Below are positions 1 through 8,601 of a DNA stretch of 20,798 nucleotides, in pieces; the first letter of the stretch is position 1; every line of letters begins with the position of its first letter. The notes under the pieces were generated by a model. It had not been told where the DNA came from. It ran no database searches and saw nothing but the letters and a program-made list of their open reading frames with translations. This DNA comes from Candidatus Methylomirabilota bacterium (GTDB lineage: Bacteria; Methylomirabilota; Methylomirabilia; Rokubacteriales; CSP1-6), in the NCBI GenBank assembly GCA_046726415.1, contig JBKPAK010000343.1, positions 1 to 20,798 of the forward strand. The letters run 5' to 3'. The position numbers and the translations under genes were made by a program.

Positions 1-1
1 G

Positions 2-961
2 GCCCCGGGCAATCTGACCCTCTACTGCAGCCCGCAGATCGAGTGGTGCCAGCTCGTGATCGCGGAGTTCACCAAGGCCACCGGGATCAAGGTAGCGATG
101 ACCCGGAAAAGCTCGGGCGAAACTTTCGCCCAGATCAAGGCGGAGGCGAGCAACCCCAAAGGCGACGTCTGGTGGGGCGGGACCGGCGATCCCCACCTGC
201 AGGCGGCCGAGGAGGGGCTCACCCTGGAATATCGGTCGCCGCGGCTGGGTGAGCTGCAGGAGTGGGCGACCGGCCAGGCGAAGGCCGCCAAGTACCGCAC
301 GGTGGGCATCTACGCGGGCGCCCTGGGGTTCGGCTACAACACGGAGCTGCTCGCGAAGAAGAAGCTGCCAGAGCCTAAGTGCTGGAAGGACCTGGCCCGG
401 CCCGAGTACAAGGGCGAGGTCCAGGTCGCCGATCCCAATGCCTCAGGCACCTCATACACGATGCTCGCCACGATGGTTCAGCTCTTCGGCGAGGGCGAAG
501 CGTTCGACTACTTAAAGAAGCTCCACCGCAACGTCAACCAGTACACCAAGTCAGGCTCGACACCGATCAAGGCCGCCGCCCAGGGTGAGACCACCATCGG
601 CATCGTCTTCATGCACGACGCGGTGACGATGGCGGTCCGGGGGTCACCCATCAAGGTCGTCGCCCCGTGCGAGGGAACCGGCTACGAGATCGGCTCGATG
701 AGCATCATCAAGGGCGCCCGCAACCTGGACGCGGCCAAGAAGTTCTACGACTGGGCCCTGAGTGCGCGTGCGCAAGATCTAGGGGCCCAGGCCGAGTCCT
801 TCCAGGTGCCGTCCAACAAGAGCGCGGCGACTCCGCCGCAGGCCCCGAAGCTTACCGAGATCAAGCTCATCGACTACGACTTCGCCAAGTACGGCTCGTC
901 CCCCGAGCGCAAGCGCCTGCTCGACAAGTGGAGCAAAGAGGTCAAGTCGCTTCCGAACTGA
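2..961 (+). CDS. ABC transporter substrate-binding protein, AfuA/FbpA-like (probably sugar- or inositol-phosphate binding); 5'-truncated by the window edge
   Basis: The frame is open from position 2 (APGNLTLYCSPQIEWCQLVIAEF...). Motifs RKSSGET, DVWWGGTGD, ADPNASGT, FMHD and PCEGTGYEIGSMSIIKG are typical of AfuA-like class II binding proteins. A permease and an ATPase follow. Confidence 0.9.
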   Translation, partial: APGNLTLYCSPQIEWCQLVIAEFTKATGIKVAMTRKSSGETFAQIKAEASNPKGDVWWGGTGDPHLQAAEEGLTLEYRSPRLGELQEWATGQAKAAKYRTVGIYAGALGFGYNTELLAKKKLPEPKCWKDLARPEYKGEVQVADPNASGTSYTMLATMVQLFGEGEAFDYLKKLHRNVNQYTKSGSTPIKAAAQGETTIGIVFMHDAVTMAVRGSPIKVVAPCEGTGYEIGSMSIIKGARNLDAAKKFYDWALSARAQDLGAQAESFQVPSNKSAATPPQAPKLTEIKLIDYDFAKYGSSPERKRLLDKWSKEVKSLPN

Positions 962-964
962 GGA

Positions 965-1040
965 GATGGGGGGTCTCGACATGGCCCCCCAAGCACCCCA
1001 CGCTCGGGGCGCCCCGGGGGACCCGGGGTGCCCCTCGATG
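965..1040. repeat. Palindromic REP/MITE-like element, copy 1
   Basis: Two hairpins: GGGGGGTC-N7-GGCCCCCC and GGGGCGCCCCGGG-gga-CCCGGGGTGCCCC. Flanked by GATG at 965-968 and 1037-1040. Homologous to 7134-7210 on the opposite strand. Confidence 0.75.
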
Positions 1041-1079
1041 CCGCGCGTGGTCCTAGGGCCTGCGCGGCGAGCCTGAGCG

Positions 1080-3224
1080 ATGGATCGCACCGCCGTGCGC
1101 TGGGCCATCGTCGGCGGGGTCGCGTATCTGCTCCTGCCCTGGTACGCGATCGAGGACGGGTTCTTCGCCGTCTCCTGGCTCCGCCGGTATCCCGCCGATA
1201 GTGCCGTCGCTCCGGGGCTCCTCCAGGCGCTCTTCCATCAGCGCCTCTGGCTCCTTCCCGTGGGCGCCTTCGTGCTGGCGCCGCTGGCGGTAGCCGGCGC
1301 CGTGCGTGAGCGTGCTCGGGCCGCGCTGCTGCTCGCCGCCGGTGGGGGCGGTATGGTCTGGGTCGGGCTTCAGGGGTTCGCGGTCGGCGGCCAGCCCGCG
1401 ATGGGCATCGGAGGTGGCGTCGTCTTCGCGGCGCTCTTGATGATCATCTGCGCTGGCCTGGCCGCGAGGGGTGCCTTCAACGGCGACCGCTTCGTGACCG
1501 GCGGGATCGGCGCGGTGATCGCGCTGGTCGTCATCTTCGTCTTCTTCCCCGTCTCGCGCGTCGTCGTCGGAGCCGTGCAAGACAACGCCGGCGCGTTCGC
1601 GCCCGGCGAGTTCTGGTCGAAGCTCGGGAGCCGCGAGGTGTGGGGGCTCGACTGCCTGGCTTCTTCGGTGGGCTGTGGGGTGGCGTGGAACACGCTCTTC
1701 CTCGGCATCCTGGTGGGAGCGAGTACGACGGCCCTCGGCATCGCCTTCGCGCTGATCGTCACCCGGACGGAGTTCCGCGCCAAACAGACGCTGCGCGTAT
1801 TGACCGTGTTGCCCATCATCACGCCGCCCTTCGTCATCGGCCTCGCCGGGATCCTCCTCTTCGGCCGCGCGGGCGCCGTCACCACGTTCATGGAGTGGGC
1901 ATTCGGGATTCCGCCCTCGCGCTGGATCTACGGACTGCCCGGGGTCTGGCTCGCGCAGATGCTGGCCTTCACCCCGATCGCCTTCCTCGTGCTCATGGGC
2001 GTCGTGGAGGGTATCAGTCCGTCGATAGAAGAAGCGGCGCAGACCTTGCGCGCGGGCCACTGGCAGACGTTCGCCACCGTGTCACTCCCGCTCATGCGCC
2101 CCGGGCTCGCCAACGCGTTCCTGCTCGGTTTCATCGAGAGCCTCGCCGACTTCGGCAACCCGCTCGTCCTCGGCGGCAACTATCAGGTGCTGTCGGTCTC
2201 CGTCTTCTTCGCCGTGGTGGGGGCTCAGCACGACCGCGGGCGGGCCGCCGTGCTCTCGGTGGTGCTCCTCGCGTTCGCGCTGGCCGCTTTCTGGGCCCAG
2301 CGGCGCTGGCTGGGACAGCGGTCGTACGCCACGCTTACCGGCAAGGGCGACGCGGGTTTGCATCCGCCGCTGCCCCGGGCGGTCCGGCGGCTGATTTACG
2401 CGGCGGCGGTCCCGTGGGCGCTCTTCACGGCCCTGATCTATTTGATGATCCTGTTCGGCGGGTTCGTGGAGACCTGGGGACGAGACCACCGATTCTCGCT
2501 GCGTCACTACGTCGCGGCTTTCGGCATCGACATCACCGAGTTCGGCGTGCGATGGAAGGGAGCGGCCCGGAACTCCTTCTGGACGACGCTGGAGATCTCG
2601 GCGATCGCGGCGCCGCTGACCGCCGCGCTGGGCCTGCTGACGGCCTACCTACTCGTGCGCCAGCGCTTCCGGGGACGGGGGGCCTTCGAGTTCGGGACCA
2701 TGCTGAGCTTCGCCATTCCCGGCGCCGTGATCGGGATCAGCTACATCCTGGCCTTCAACACGCCGCCGATCGAGCTGACGGGAACCGGGATGATCCTGGT
2801 CATCTGCTTCGTCTTCCGGAATATGCCCGTGGGCGTCCGCGCCGGCATCGCGGCGATGAGCCAGATCGATCGGAGCCTGGACGAGGCATCCCTCACCCTC
2901 GGAGCGCGCAGCTTCACCACCATCCGCCGGGTGATTCTCCCCCTCCTGCGCCCGGCCATCGTCGCCGCGCTGGTCTTCAGCTTCGTGCGCGCCATGACCG
3001 CGATCAGCGCCGTCATTTTCCTGGTCAGCGCCAACTACGACATGGCCACCTCGTACATCGTGGGCCGGGTGGAGAACGGCGACTACGGCCTGGCCATCGC
3101 GTACTGCTCGGTGCTGATCGTGTGCATGATCGCGGCGGTGCTGCTCATCCAAGTTCTGGTGGGCCGGCGGCGCCTCGGCCGGCGTGCGGCGGTCGCGGTG
3201 AGCGTCGAAGGGGTCCCCGCATGA
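1080..3224 (+). CDS. ABC transporter permease, AfuB/FbpB-like (two fused TM domains)
   Basis: 714 aa and highly hydrophobic, with two EAA loops (IEEAAQTLRAG and LDEASLTLGA), LPIITPPF and DFGNPLVLGG. Confidence 0.93.
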   Translation: MDRTAVRWAIVGGVAYLLLPWYAIEDGFFAVSWLRRYPADSAVAPGLLQALFHQRLWLLPVGAFVLAPLAVAGAVRERARAALLLAAGGGGMVWVGLQGFAVGGQPAMGIGGGVVFAALLMIICAGLAARGAFNGDRFVTGGIGAVIALVVIFVFFPVSRVVVGAVQDNAGAFAPGEFWSKLGSREVWGLDCLASSVGCGVAWNTLFLGILVGASTTALGIAFALIVTRTEFRAKQTLRVLTVLPIITPPFVIGLAGILLFGRAGAVTTFMEWAFGIPPSRWIYGLPGVWLAQMLAFTPIAFLVLMGVVEGISPSIEEAAQTLRAGHWQTFATVSLPLMRPGLANAFLLGFIESLADFGNPLVLGGNYQVLSVSVFFAVVGAQHDRGRAAVLSVVLLAFALAAFWAQRRWLGQRSYATLTGKGDAGLHPPLPRAVRRLIYAAAVPWALFTALIYLMILFGGFVETWGRDHRFSLRHYVAAFGIDITEFGVRWKGAARNSFWTTLEISAIAAPLTAALGLLTAYLLVRQRFRGRGAFEFGTMLSFAIPGAVIGISYILAFNTPPIELTGTGMILVICFVFRNMPVGVRAGIAAMSQIDRSLDEASLTLGARSFTTIRRVILPLLRPAIVAALVFSFVRAMTAISAVIFLVSANYDMATSYIVGRVENGDYGLAIAYCSVLIVCMIAAVLLIQVLVGRRRLGRRAAVAVSVEGVPA

Positions 3225-4291
3225 GCCTGGAGACGCGCTCGGCCTCGGTCGAGTTCCGCCACGTCACCAAGGCATATGGCGGGGTGGTGGCCGTCCGCGA
3301 CGTCTCCTTCACCGTCGAGGCGGCCACGCTCGTCACCCTTCTGGGGCCGTCGGGGTGCGGCAAGACCACCACCCTCAGACTGATCGCGGGCCTCGAGATG
3401 ACGAGCAGTGGGCAGATCCTCATCGGCGGCGCTGACGTCACCCGTCGGCCGGCCACCGACCGCGACGTGAGCATGGTGTTCCAGTCCTATGCGCTGTTCC
3501 CGCACATGACCGTGCTGGAGAACGTCTGCTATGGGCTGCGGGTCAGCGGCCAGCCGCGGGATCGCGCGATTGCCACCGCTCGTGAGGGGCTCGCCCTGCT
3601 CGGCTTGGCCGGGTTCGATGGCCGTCTGCCCAGCGAGCTATCGGGCGGGCAGCAGCAGCGGGTGGCGGTGGCGCGCGCGCTGGTACTCGAGCCCCGGGTG
3701 TTGCTGTTCGACGAGCCGCTCTCGAACCTGGACGCAAAGCTGCGCCGTCGGGTGCGCGAGGACATCCGGGAGCTGCAGCAGAAGCTCCGCCTGACGGTGG
3801 TCTACGTCACCCACGATCAGGAGGAAGCGCTGGCCGTATCGGACGCGATCATCGTCATGGACCACGCGGTGATCGCTCAGCAAGGCACGCCGGCCGAGCT
3901 GTACCGGGAGCCCACCAGCCGGTTCGTGGCGGACTTCATCGGCGACGCCAACCTGGTCGCGGGTACACTGCGCCGGCTCGACGAGCGCCTGGGCTGCATC
4001 GTCCTGGGTGGCCTGGAGCTGTCGCTGCCCCACCATGGGGTGGCCGCGGGCGCGGTCGACGTCGCAATCCGTCCCGAGGCGGTGCGACTCACGCCGGACG
4101 ACGGAGGCGCCCCGGCACTCGCGGGGACAATCCTCAAGTGCGCCTACCTGGGAAGCCACATGGAATACACGGTCGGCTCGGTCATCGGCGAGCTGTTCGT
4201 CGTCGACCCCGGGGTGGCGACGCCCCTGGCCGTGGGCGCGAGAGTCGCGATCAGCTTCGCAGACCACGGCGTCACCGTCATCCGACCGTGA
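3221..4291 (+). CDS. ABC transporter ATP-binding protein, AfuC/FbpC-like, with C-terminal TOBE region
   Basis: ATG at 3221 overlaps the permease stop (ATGA). Walker A GPSGCGKT, Q-loop FQSYALF, signature LSGGQQQR, Walker B LLFDEPLSNLD, H-loop VTHD. The ORF-track start at 1640 is an upstream read-through. Confidence 0.95.
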   Translation: MSLETRSASVEFRHVTKAYGGVVAVRDVSFTVEAATLVTLLGPSGCGKTTTLRLIAGLEMTSSGQILIGGADVTRRPATDRDVSMVFQSYALFPHMTVLENVCYGLRVSGQPRDRAIATAREGLALLGLAGFDGRLPSELSGGQQQRVAVARALVLEPRVLLFDEPLSNLDAKLRRRVREDIRELQQKLRLTVVYVTHDQEEALAVSDAIIVMDHAVIAQQGTPAELYREPTSRFVADFIGDANLVAGTLRRLDERLGCIVLGGLELSLPHHGVAAGAVDVAIRPEAVRLTPDDGGAPALAGTILKCAYLGSHMEYTVGSVIGELFVVDPGVATPLAVGARVAISFADHGVTVIRP

Positions 4292-4292
4292 G

Positions 4293-4336
4293 GCTTGGGA
4301 GTCATCGCGCGCTTGGGAGGTCATCGCGCGCTCGGG
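4293..4336. repeat. Short tandem duplication (18-19 bp, about 2.3 copies) between convergent genes
   Basis: gcttggga-gtcatcgcgc / gcttgggaggtcatcgcgc / gctcggg. Confidence 0.8.
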
Positions 4337-4341
4337 CCGGC

Positions 4342-5229
4342 TCACAGCTGCGCGGCGGCGATGGCGCGGCTCAGGTTCGTGAAGCCGAGGCGCGCGTAGG
4401 TGGCCGGGTGGGCGACGGCCGGGTCCTGCTCAGCTTCGACGACCAGCCAGCCGGAATACTCCGCAGATTTCAGGATCGTCAGCAGCGCGGCGTAGTCGAT
4501 GGCGCCGTCGCCGGGGACGGTGAACACACCGGCGAGGACGGCCTCGAGGAAGCTCCGATCATCCCGGCGCACTTCGGCGAGCACCGACGGGCGCACGTCC
4601 TTGCAGTGTATGTGAACCAGCCGCCTGGCGTGACGCCGGGCCACCCGGGGCACGTCACCGCCCGCGTATGCTAGGTGGCCCGTGTCGAGGAGTAGCCCGA
4701 CGGCCTCGCCAGAGGCCTCCATCAACCGATCGATCTCCTCCTCGGTCTGCACGACCGTGCCCATGTGATGGTGATATGCGAGGCGGAGGCCCCGGGCGCG
4801 GAGGTGCTCGGCGACCTCGGTCAGACGCTCGCCGAACCGCAACCACTCGTCGCGCCCGAGGGCGGGCCGGCGCGACAGCGGGACCTCCCGTCGGGCGTGA
4901 ACACTGCCGCTCTCCTCGGCAAAGATCACGACGCCGCAGCCCATCGCCGTCAGCAGCTCGGCGTGAGCCTGCATCGCCGCGATCTCCTCCGGCGCCGAGC
5001 GACCGAGCAGGCGCGCGCCGTACCAGCCTGAGGCGAGACACAGGCCATGGCGCGCGAGGAGCGGCCGAAGCTCGTCGGGGCGACGCGGGAATTTGCTGCC
5101 GAGCTCGATGCCCGCGTACCCCGCCTGGCGCGCCTCGCTCAGGCACACCTCGAGCGGGGTGTCCGCGCCGAGCTCGGGCATGTCGTCGTTGGTCCAGCCG
5201 ATGGGATTGATCCCCAGCCGGACTGGCAC
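4342..5229 (-). CDS. iolE: myo-inosose-2 dehydratase
   Basis: N-terminus LGINPIGWTNDDMPELG; motifs HHHMGT, DTGH, HCKD, FTVPGDG and EAEQDP. GTG start lies 1 nt after the iolD stop. Confidence 0.93.
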   Translation of the reverse strand: MPVRLGINPIGWTNDDMPELGADTPLEVCLSEARQAGYAGIELGSKFPRRPDELRPLLARHGLCLASGWYGARLLGRSAPEEIAAMQAHAELLTAMGCGVVIFAEESGSVHARREVPLSRRPALGRDEWLRFGERLTEVAEHLRARGLRLAYHHHMGTVVQTEEEIDRLMEASGEAVGLLLDTGHLAYAGGDVPRVARRHARRLVHIHCKDVRPSVLAEVRRDDRSFLEAVLAGVFTVPGDGAIDYAALLTILKSAEYSGWLVVEAEQDPAVAHPATYARLGFTNLSRAIAAAQL

Positions 5230-5230
5230 G

Positions 5231-7078
5231 CTACCGTCCGGGCCGCTGTCGCCGTCGAGCCTCGACGTATGCCGCTCGGGCGTCCCACACTTCGGGACGC
5301 GCCGACTCCGCAGGCACGGGGACGTCCCACCACGCCCCGCCCGCCGACGTCGAGGCCGAGGGGTCGGTCTCGATGGCGATCACCGACGTGCGCGAGGCGG
5401 CTCGTGCCCGTTCGAGCGCGGCCTCGAGGTCGGCGATGCTCTTCACCTGCTCCGCCCTGGCGCCGAGGCTGCGCGCGTGAGCGGCGAAGTCGATCGCAGG
5501 TGGGCCGCCGGTGACCGGGTCGGCGAGCAGGTTGCCGAAGGGGGCGCCGCCGCACGCCTGCTGCAGCCTGTTGATGCAGCCGAACCCGTGGTTGTCCAGG
5601 ACCACGATCACGAGCGGCAGACCCATCGACACCGAGGTGGCAATCTCCGAGTTCATCATGAGGTAGCTGCCGTCCCCCACCATCACGAACACCTCGCGGT
5701 CGGGCAGCGCCATCTTCGCGCCGAGGCCCCCCGCGATCTCGTAGCCCATGCAGGAGTACCCGTACTCGAGGTGATAGCCCTGGGGATCGCGAGCGCGCCA
5801 GAGCTTGTGCAACTCGCCGGGCAAGCCGCCCGCGGCGCAGACGACGACGCCGCGCGGCCCGGCGGCGCGGTTGACAGCACCGATCACCTGCGCGTCGGTC
5901 GGCGGCAACGTCGCGCCCGGCCTCGTGGCGTCATCGACGGCGCGGTTCCACTCGGCCATCCGCCGACGCGCGGCAGTGATCCACTCACGGGGCGCGCGCC
6001 ACTCACCGAGCGCTGCGCCCAGTTCGGCGAGACCCCGGCGCGCATCGGCAACGAGCGGCAGCGCGCCGTGCTTGGCGGCGTCGAAGGGCACGACGTTGAG
6101 CCCGATCAGCGTCAGGTCGGGATGCTGGAAGAGCGCGCGCGAGCCGGTGGTGAAGTCGGACAGCCGCGTGCCCACGACCAGGACGATGTCGGCCTCGGCG
6201 GCGAGCGCGTTCGCCGCGCTCGACCCCGTCACGCCGATCGCCCCCATCGCGGACGCGTGGTCCCAGGGCAGCGCGCCCTTGCCGGCCTGGGTCTCGGCCA
6301 CCGGCAGGTCGTGGTGCTCGGCAAAGCGCCGCAAGTCCGCCTCGGCGAGCGCGTAGTTGACGCCGCCCCCCGCGATGACGAGCGGCCGGCGCGCGTGTCG
6401 GAGGCGCTCGACGGCCAGCGCGAGCTGGTCGGGGTCGGGTCCGGGCCGCCGGCGGCGGTGCAGGCGAGGGCGAAAGAAGCTCTCGGGGAACTCGCCGACC
6501 TCGGTCTGGACGTCTTGAGGCAGCGCGAGCGTCACCGGCCCGCAGCTCGCAGCGTCGGTGAGGACGTCGAGCGCGGCGGGCAGGCTGGCCATGAGCTGCT
6601 CGGGACGCATGATCCGGTCCCAGTAGCGCGAGATGGGACGGAAGCAGTCGTTGGCGGTCACCGTGGGGTCGCCGAAGTCTTCGACCTGCTGGAGCACGGG
6701 ATCGGGCTGACGGCCCGCGAAGACGTCGCCCGGCAGCAGCAGCACGGGCAGACGGTTGACGTGGGCGACCGCCGCCGCCGTCACCATGTTGGTGGCCCCC
6801 GGTCCGATCGACGTCGTGCAGGCCAGCAGTCGCCGACGGCGGTGGGCCTTGGCGAAGGCGATGGCCGCGTGGGCCATGGCCTGCTCGTTGTGGGCCCGAA
6901 ACGTAGACAACTCGCCGCGGGCGGCGTAGAGCGCCTCGCCAAGCCCGGCGACGTTGCCGTGGCCGAAGATGGCGAACACGCCCGCCACGAGCGGCAGCTC
7001 GACGCCGTCGATTTCTGACCGCTGGGCGCAGAGGTGTCGCACGAGGGCCTGGGCCATCGTCAGTCGGAGCGTCTCCGT
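5231..7078 (-). CDS. iolD: 3D-(3,5/4)-trihydroxycyclohexane-1,2-dione acylhydrolase (ThDP-dependent)
   Basis: Motifs RLTMAQALV, IFGHGNVAG, HNEQAMAH, TSIGPGATN, EYGYSCMGYEIAGG, ThDP motif GDGSYLM...LDN and WWDVPV. The start is either ACG at 7078 (6 nt after GGAGGT) or ATG at 7057. Confidence 0.95.
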   Translation of the reverse strand, partial: TETLRLTMAQALVRHLCAQRSEIDGVELPLVAGVFAIFGHGNVAGLGEALYAARGELSTFRAHNEQAMAHAAIAFAKAHRRRRLLACTTSIGPGATNMVTAAAVAHVNRLPVLLLPGDVFAGRQPDPVLQQVEDFGDPTVTANDCFRPISRYWDRIMRPEQLMASLPAALDVLTDAASCGPVTLALPQDVQTEVGEFPESFFRPRLHRRRRPGPDPDQLALAVERLRHARRPLVIAGGGVNYALAEADLRRFAEHHDLPVAETQAGKGALPWDHASAMGAIGVTGSSAANALAAEADIVLVVGTRLSDFTTGSRALFQHPDLTLIGLNVVPFDAAKHGALPLVADARRGLAELGAALGEWRAPREWITAARRRMAEWNRAVDDATRPGATLPPTDAQVIGAVNRAAGPRGVVVCAAGGLPGELHKLWRARDPQGYHLEYGYSCMGYEIAGGLGAKMALPDREVFVMVGDGSYLMMNSEIATSVSMGLPLVIVVLDNHGFGCINRLQQACGGAPFGNLLADPVTGGPPAIDFAAHARSLGARAEQVKSIADLEAALERARAASRTSVIAIETDPSASTSAGGAWWDVPVPAESARPEVWDARAAYVEARRRQRPGR

Positions 7079-7084
7079 CGTCGG

Positions 7085-7114
7085 ACCTCCCTGGCGGATT
7101 CCGCATACTATAAC
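7085..7114. promoter_or_regulatory. Overlapping divergent -10-like elements and the iolD Shine-Dalgarno
   Basis: An AT-rich island catactataac gives TACTAT/TATAAC on + and TATAGT on -. GGAGGT lies at 7090-7085 on the - strand. Confidence 0.5.
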
Positions 7115-7133
7115 AACGCGGCGAAATGGAGGA

Positions 7134-7210
7134 GATCGAGGAGCACCGTATGTTCCCCGGGGCGCTCCGAGGATTGGGGGGAAATAAGGGGCCATTTCGG
7201 GGCCACTAAG
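7134..7210 (-). repeat. Palindromic REP/MITE-like element, copy 2
   Basis: The reverse complement ATGGCCCCTTATTTCCCCCCAATCCTCGGAGCGCCCCGGGGAACATACGGTGCTCCTCGAT aligns with copy 1 ATGGCCCCCCAAGCACCCCACGCTCGGGGCGCCCCGGGGGACCCGGGGTGCCCCTCGAT. Confidence 0.75.
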
Positions 7211-7213
7211 TCA

Positions 7214-8305
7214 ATGTCCGCCCGGGCGCGCATCAGGATCGGTGTGGTGGGCTGCGGGTTGATCGCCCAGATGATGCACCTTCCCCATCTGCGGGAGCTG
7301 GCCGACACCTACGAGGTGGTCGCGGTGTGCGACGTGTCGCCGGCGACCCTCAACTACGTGGCGGACCGCTACGACGTCCGCGCGCGCCACGACGACTACC
7401 GCGATCTTTTGGAGGAGGACATCGACGCCGTGGCGGTCCTCAGCGCCGACTCGCACGGTCGGGTCATCGCCGACGCGCTCCGGGCCGGCAAGCACGTCTT
7501 CACCGAGAAGCCACTGTGCTACACGCTGCGCGAGGCGGACGAGATCGTGGCCGCCCACGCCCGGGCGGGCACCGTCTGCATGGTCGCCTACATGAAGCGA
7601 TACGATCCGGGCTTCCGGTACGCCGCACCGCTCGTCCGGCAACTACCGGATCTGCAGGCGATCCACGTCACCGTGCTGCATCCCTCGGAGGCCAACCAGG
7701 TGGGCCACCACGACCTTCACCGGTTCGCCGACGTCCCCACCGAGACGACGGCGCACCTGCGCGCCGAGCAGGATCGTTTGATCCGCGAGGCGATCGGCGA
7801 GTTCACGCCGCTCGAGCGCCGGGTCTTTGCCGGAAACCTGCTTTCGACGCTGGTCCACGACATCAACGCCCTGCGCAACCTGTCGGGAGATCCGGTCGAC
7901 GTCGTGTACACCGACGTGTGGGCCGGGGGCAATAGCATGGTGACGGGGCTGCGCTACGGCTCGGGCGTGCGCGCCATCGTCAGCCTCCACTATCTGGCGG
8001 ACCTCGCCGACTACGAGGAGACGGTGCTGTATCTCGGGCAGGCCGACCGGATCCGCCTGGTGTTTCCCTCGCCGTTCTTCCGCAACGTGCCGACGGAGGT
8101 CTTCGTCGAGGGGATGGAGGACGGCAAGCCGTTCGAGAAGCGCGTGACCGCGTCCATGAAGGAGGCGTTCAAGGAGGAGCTCGTGCACTTCGCCGAGTGC
8201 GTCGCCACCGGCCGCGAGCCCGAGACCACGCCGGCCGAGGCGCGGGGCGACGTCGCGCTCCTGCACCGGATCTTCGGCGCGATCCGACGCCCGCTGGCAG
8301 GATGA
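7214..8305 (+). CDS. Gfo/Idh/MocA family NAD(P)-dependent oxidoreductase (possible inositol or cyclitol dehydrogenase)
   Basis: Rossmann motif IGVVGCGLIA, GKHVFTEKP, YMKRYDP and VHDIN. ATG at 7214 immediately precedes the Rossmann strand. Confidence 0.88.
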   Translation: MSARARIRIGVVGCGLIAQMMHLPHLRELADTYEVVAVCDVSPATLNYVADRYDVRARHDDYRDLLEEDIDAVAVLSADSHGRVIADALRAGKHVFTEKPLCYTLREADEIVAAHARAGTVCMVAYMKRYDPGFRYAAPLVRQLPDLQAIHVTVLHPSEANQVGHHDLHRFADVPTETTAHLRAEQDRLIREAIGEFTPLERRVFAGNLLSTLVHDINALRNLSGDPVDVVYTDVWAGGNSMVTGLRYGSGVRAIVSLHYLADLADYEETVLYLGQADRIRLVFPSPFFRNVPTEVFVEGMEDGKPFEKRVTASMKEAFKEELVHFAECVATGREPETTPAEARGDVALLHRIFGAIRRPLAG

Positions 8306-8601
8306 CGCACAGCGACGACGGCGCGGGACAACCATGGCGCCGCACAATTTCTCGATGCCGCGCAAAGAGGGCGACCATCCCGCCGTCGCGCGCATCTCGC
8401 GCGAACGCGTGCTGCGCTGTTTCAAGTCGATGTAGCCCTTCTGGCGGGCCGCGCGAATCGATCCAGCGGGCGACATCGCCGGGACAAATGCCGCCGAGCG
8501 CGTACACCGCTCCCGCGGCGCCTCATGATGCGCGACAGAGACTAGAGGCGGGAGCGGGAGTCGCGGCCGTGCGACTCCGCGCGAGGAAAGGAGACACCAT
8601 C

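Noticed and set aside
1640..3220. 883-aa ORF suggesting a long N-terminal extension on the ABC ATPase
   Set aside because: It is an off-frame overlap with the permease, made of Arg/Pro-rich shadow sequence; the real start is the coupled ATG at 3221.
5093..7018. 641-aa ORF antisense to iolD, and similar long antisense ORFs at 9153-10250, 10968-12368 and 12286-14133
   Set aside because: These are stop-poor shadows expected in high-GC coding DNA, with no recognisable motifs.
7079..7213. N-terminal extensions of iolD (to 7195) and of the dehydrogenase (from 7034)
   Set aside because: They run through the promoter region and the palindromic repeat and would overlap each other.
8169..8507. Minus-strand ORF with a protein-like stretch (PEGLHRLETAQHAFARDARDGGMVALFARHREIVRRHG)
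   Set aside because: It may be a gene remnant, but I cannot assign a family, there is no clear RBS, and it overlaps the dehydrogenase 3' end.
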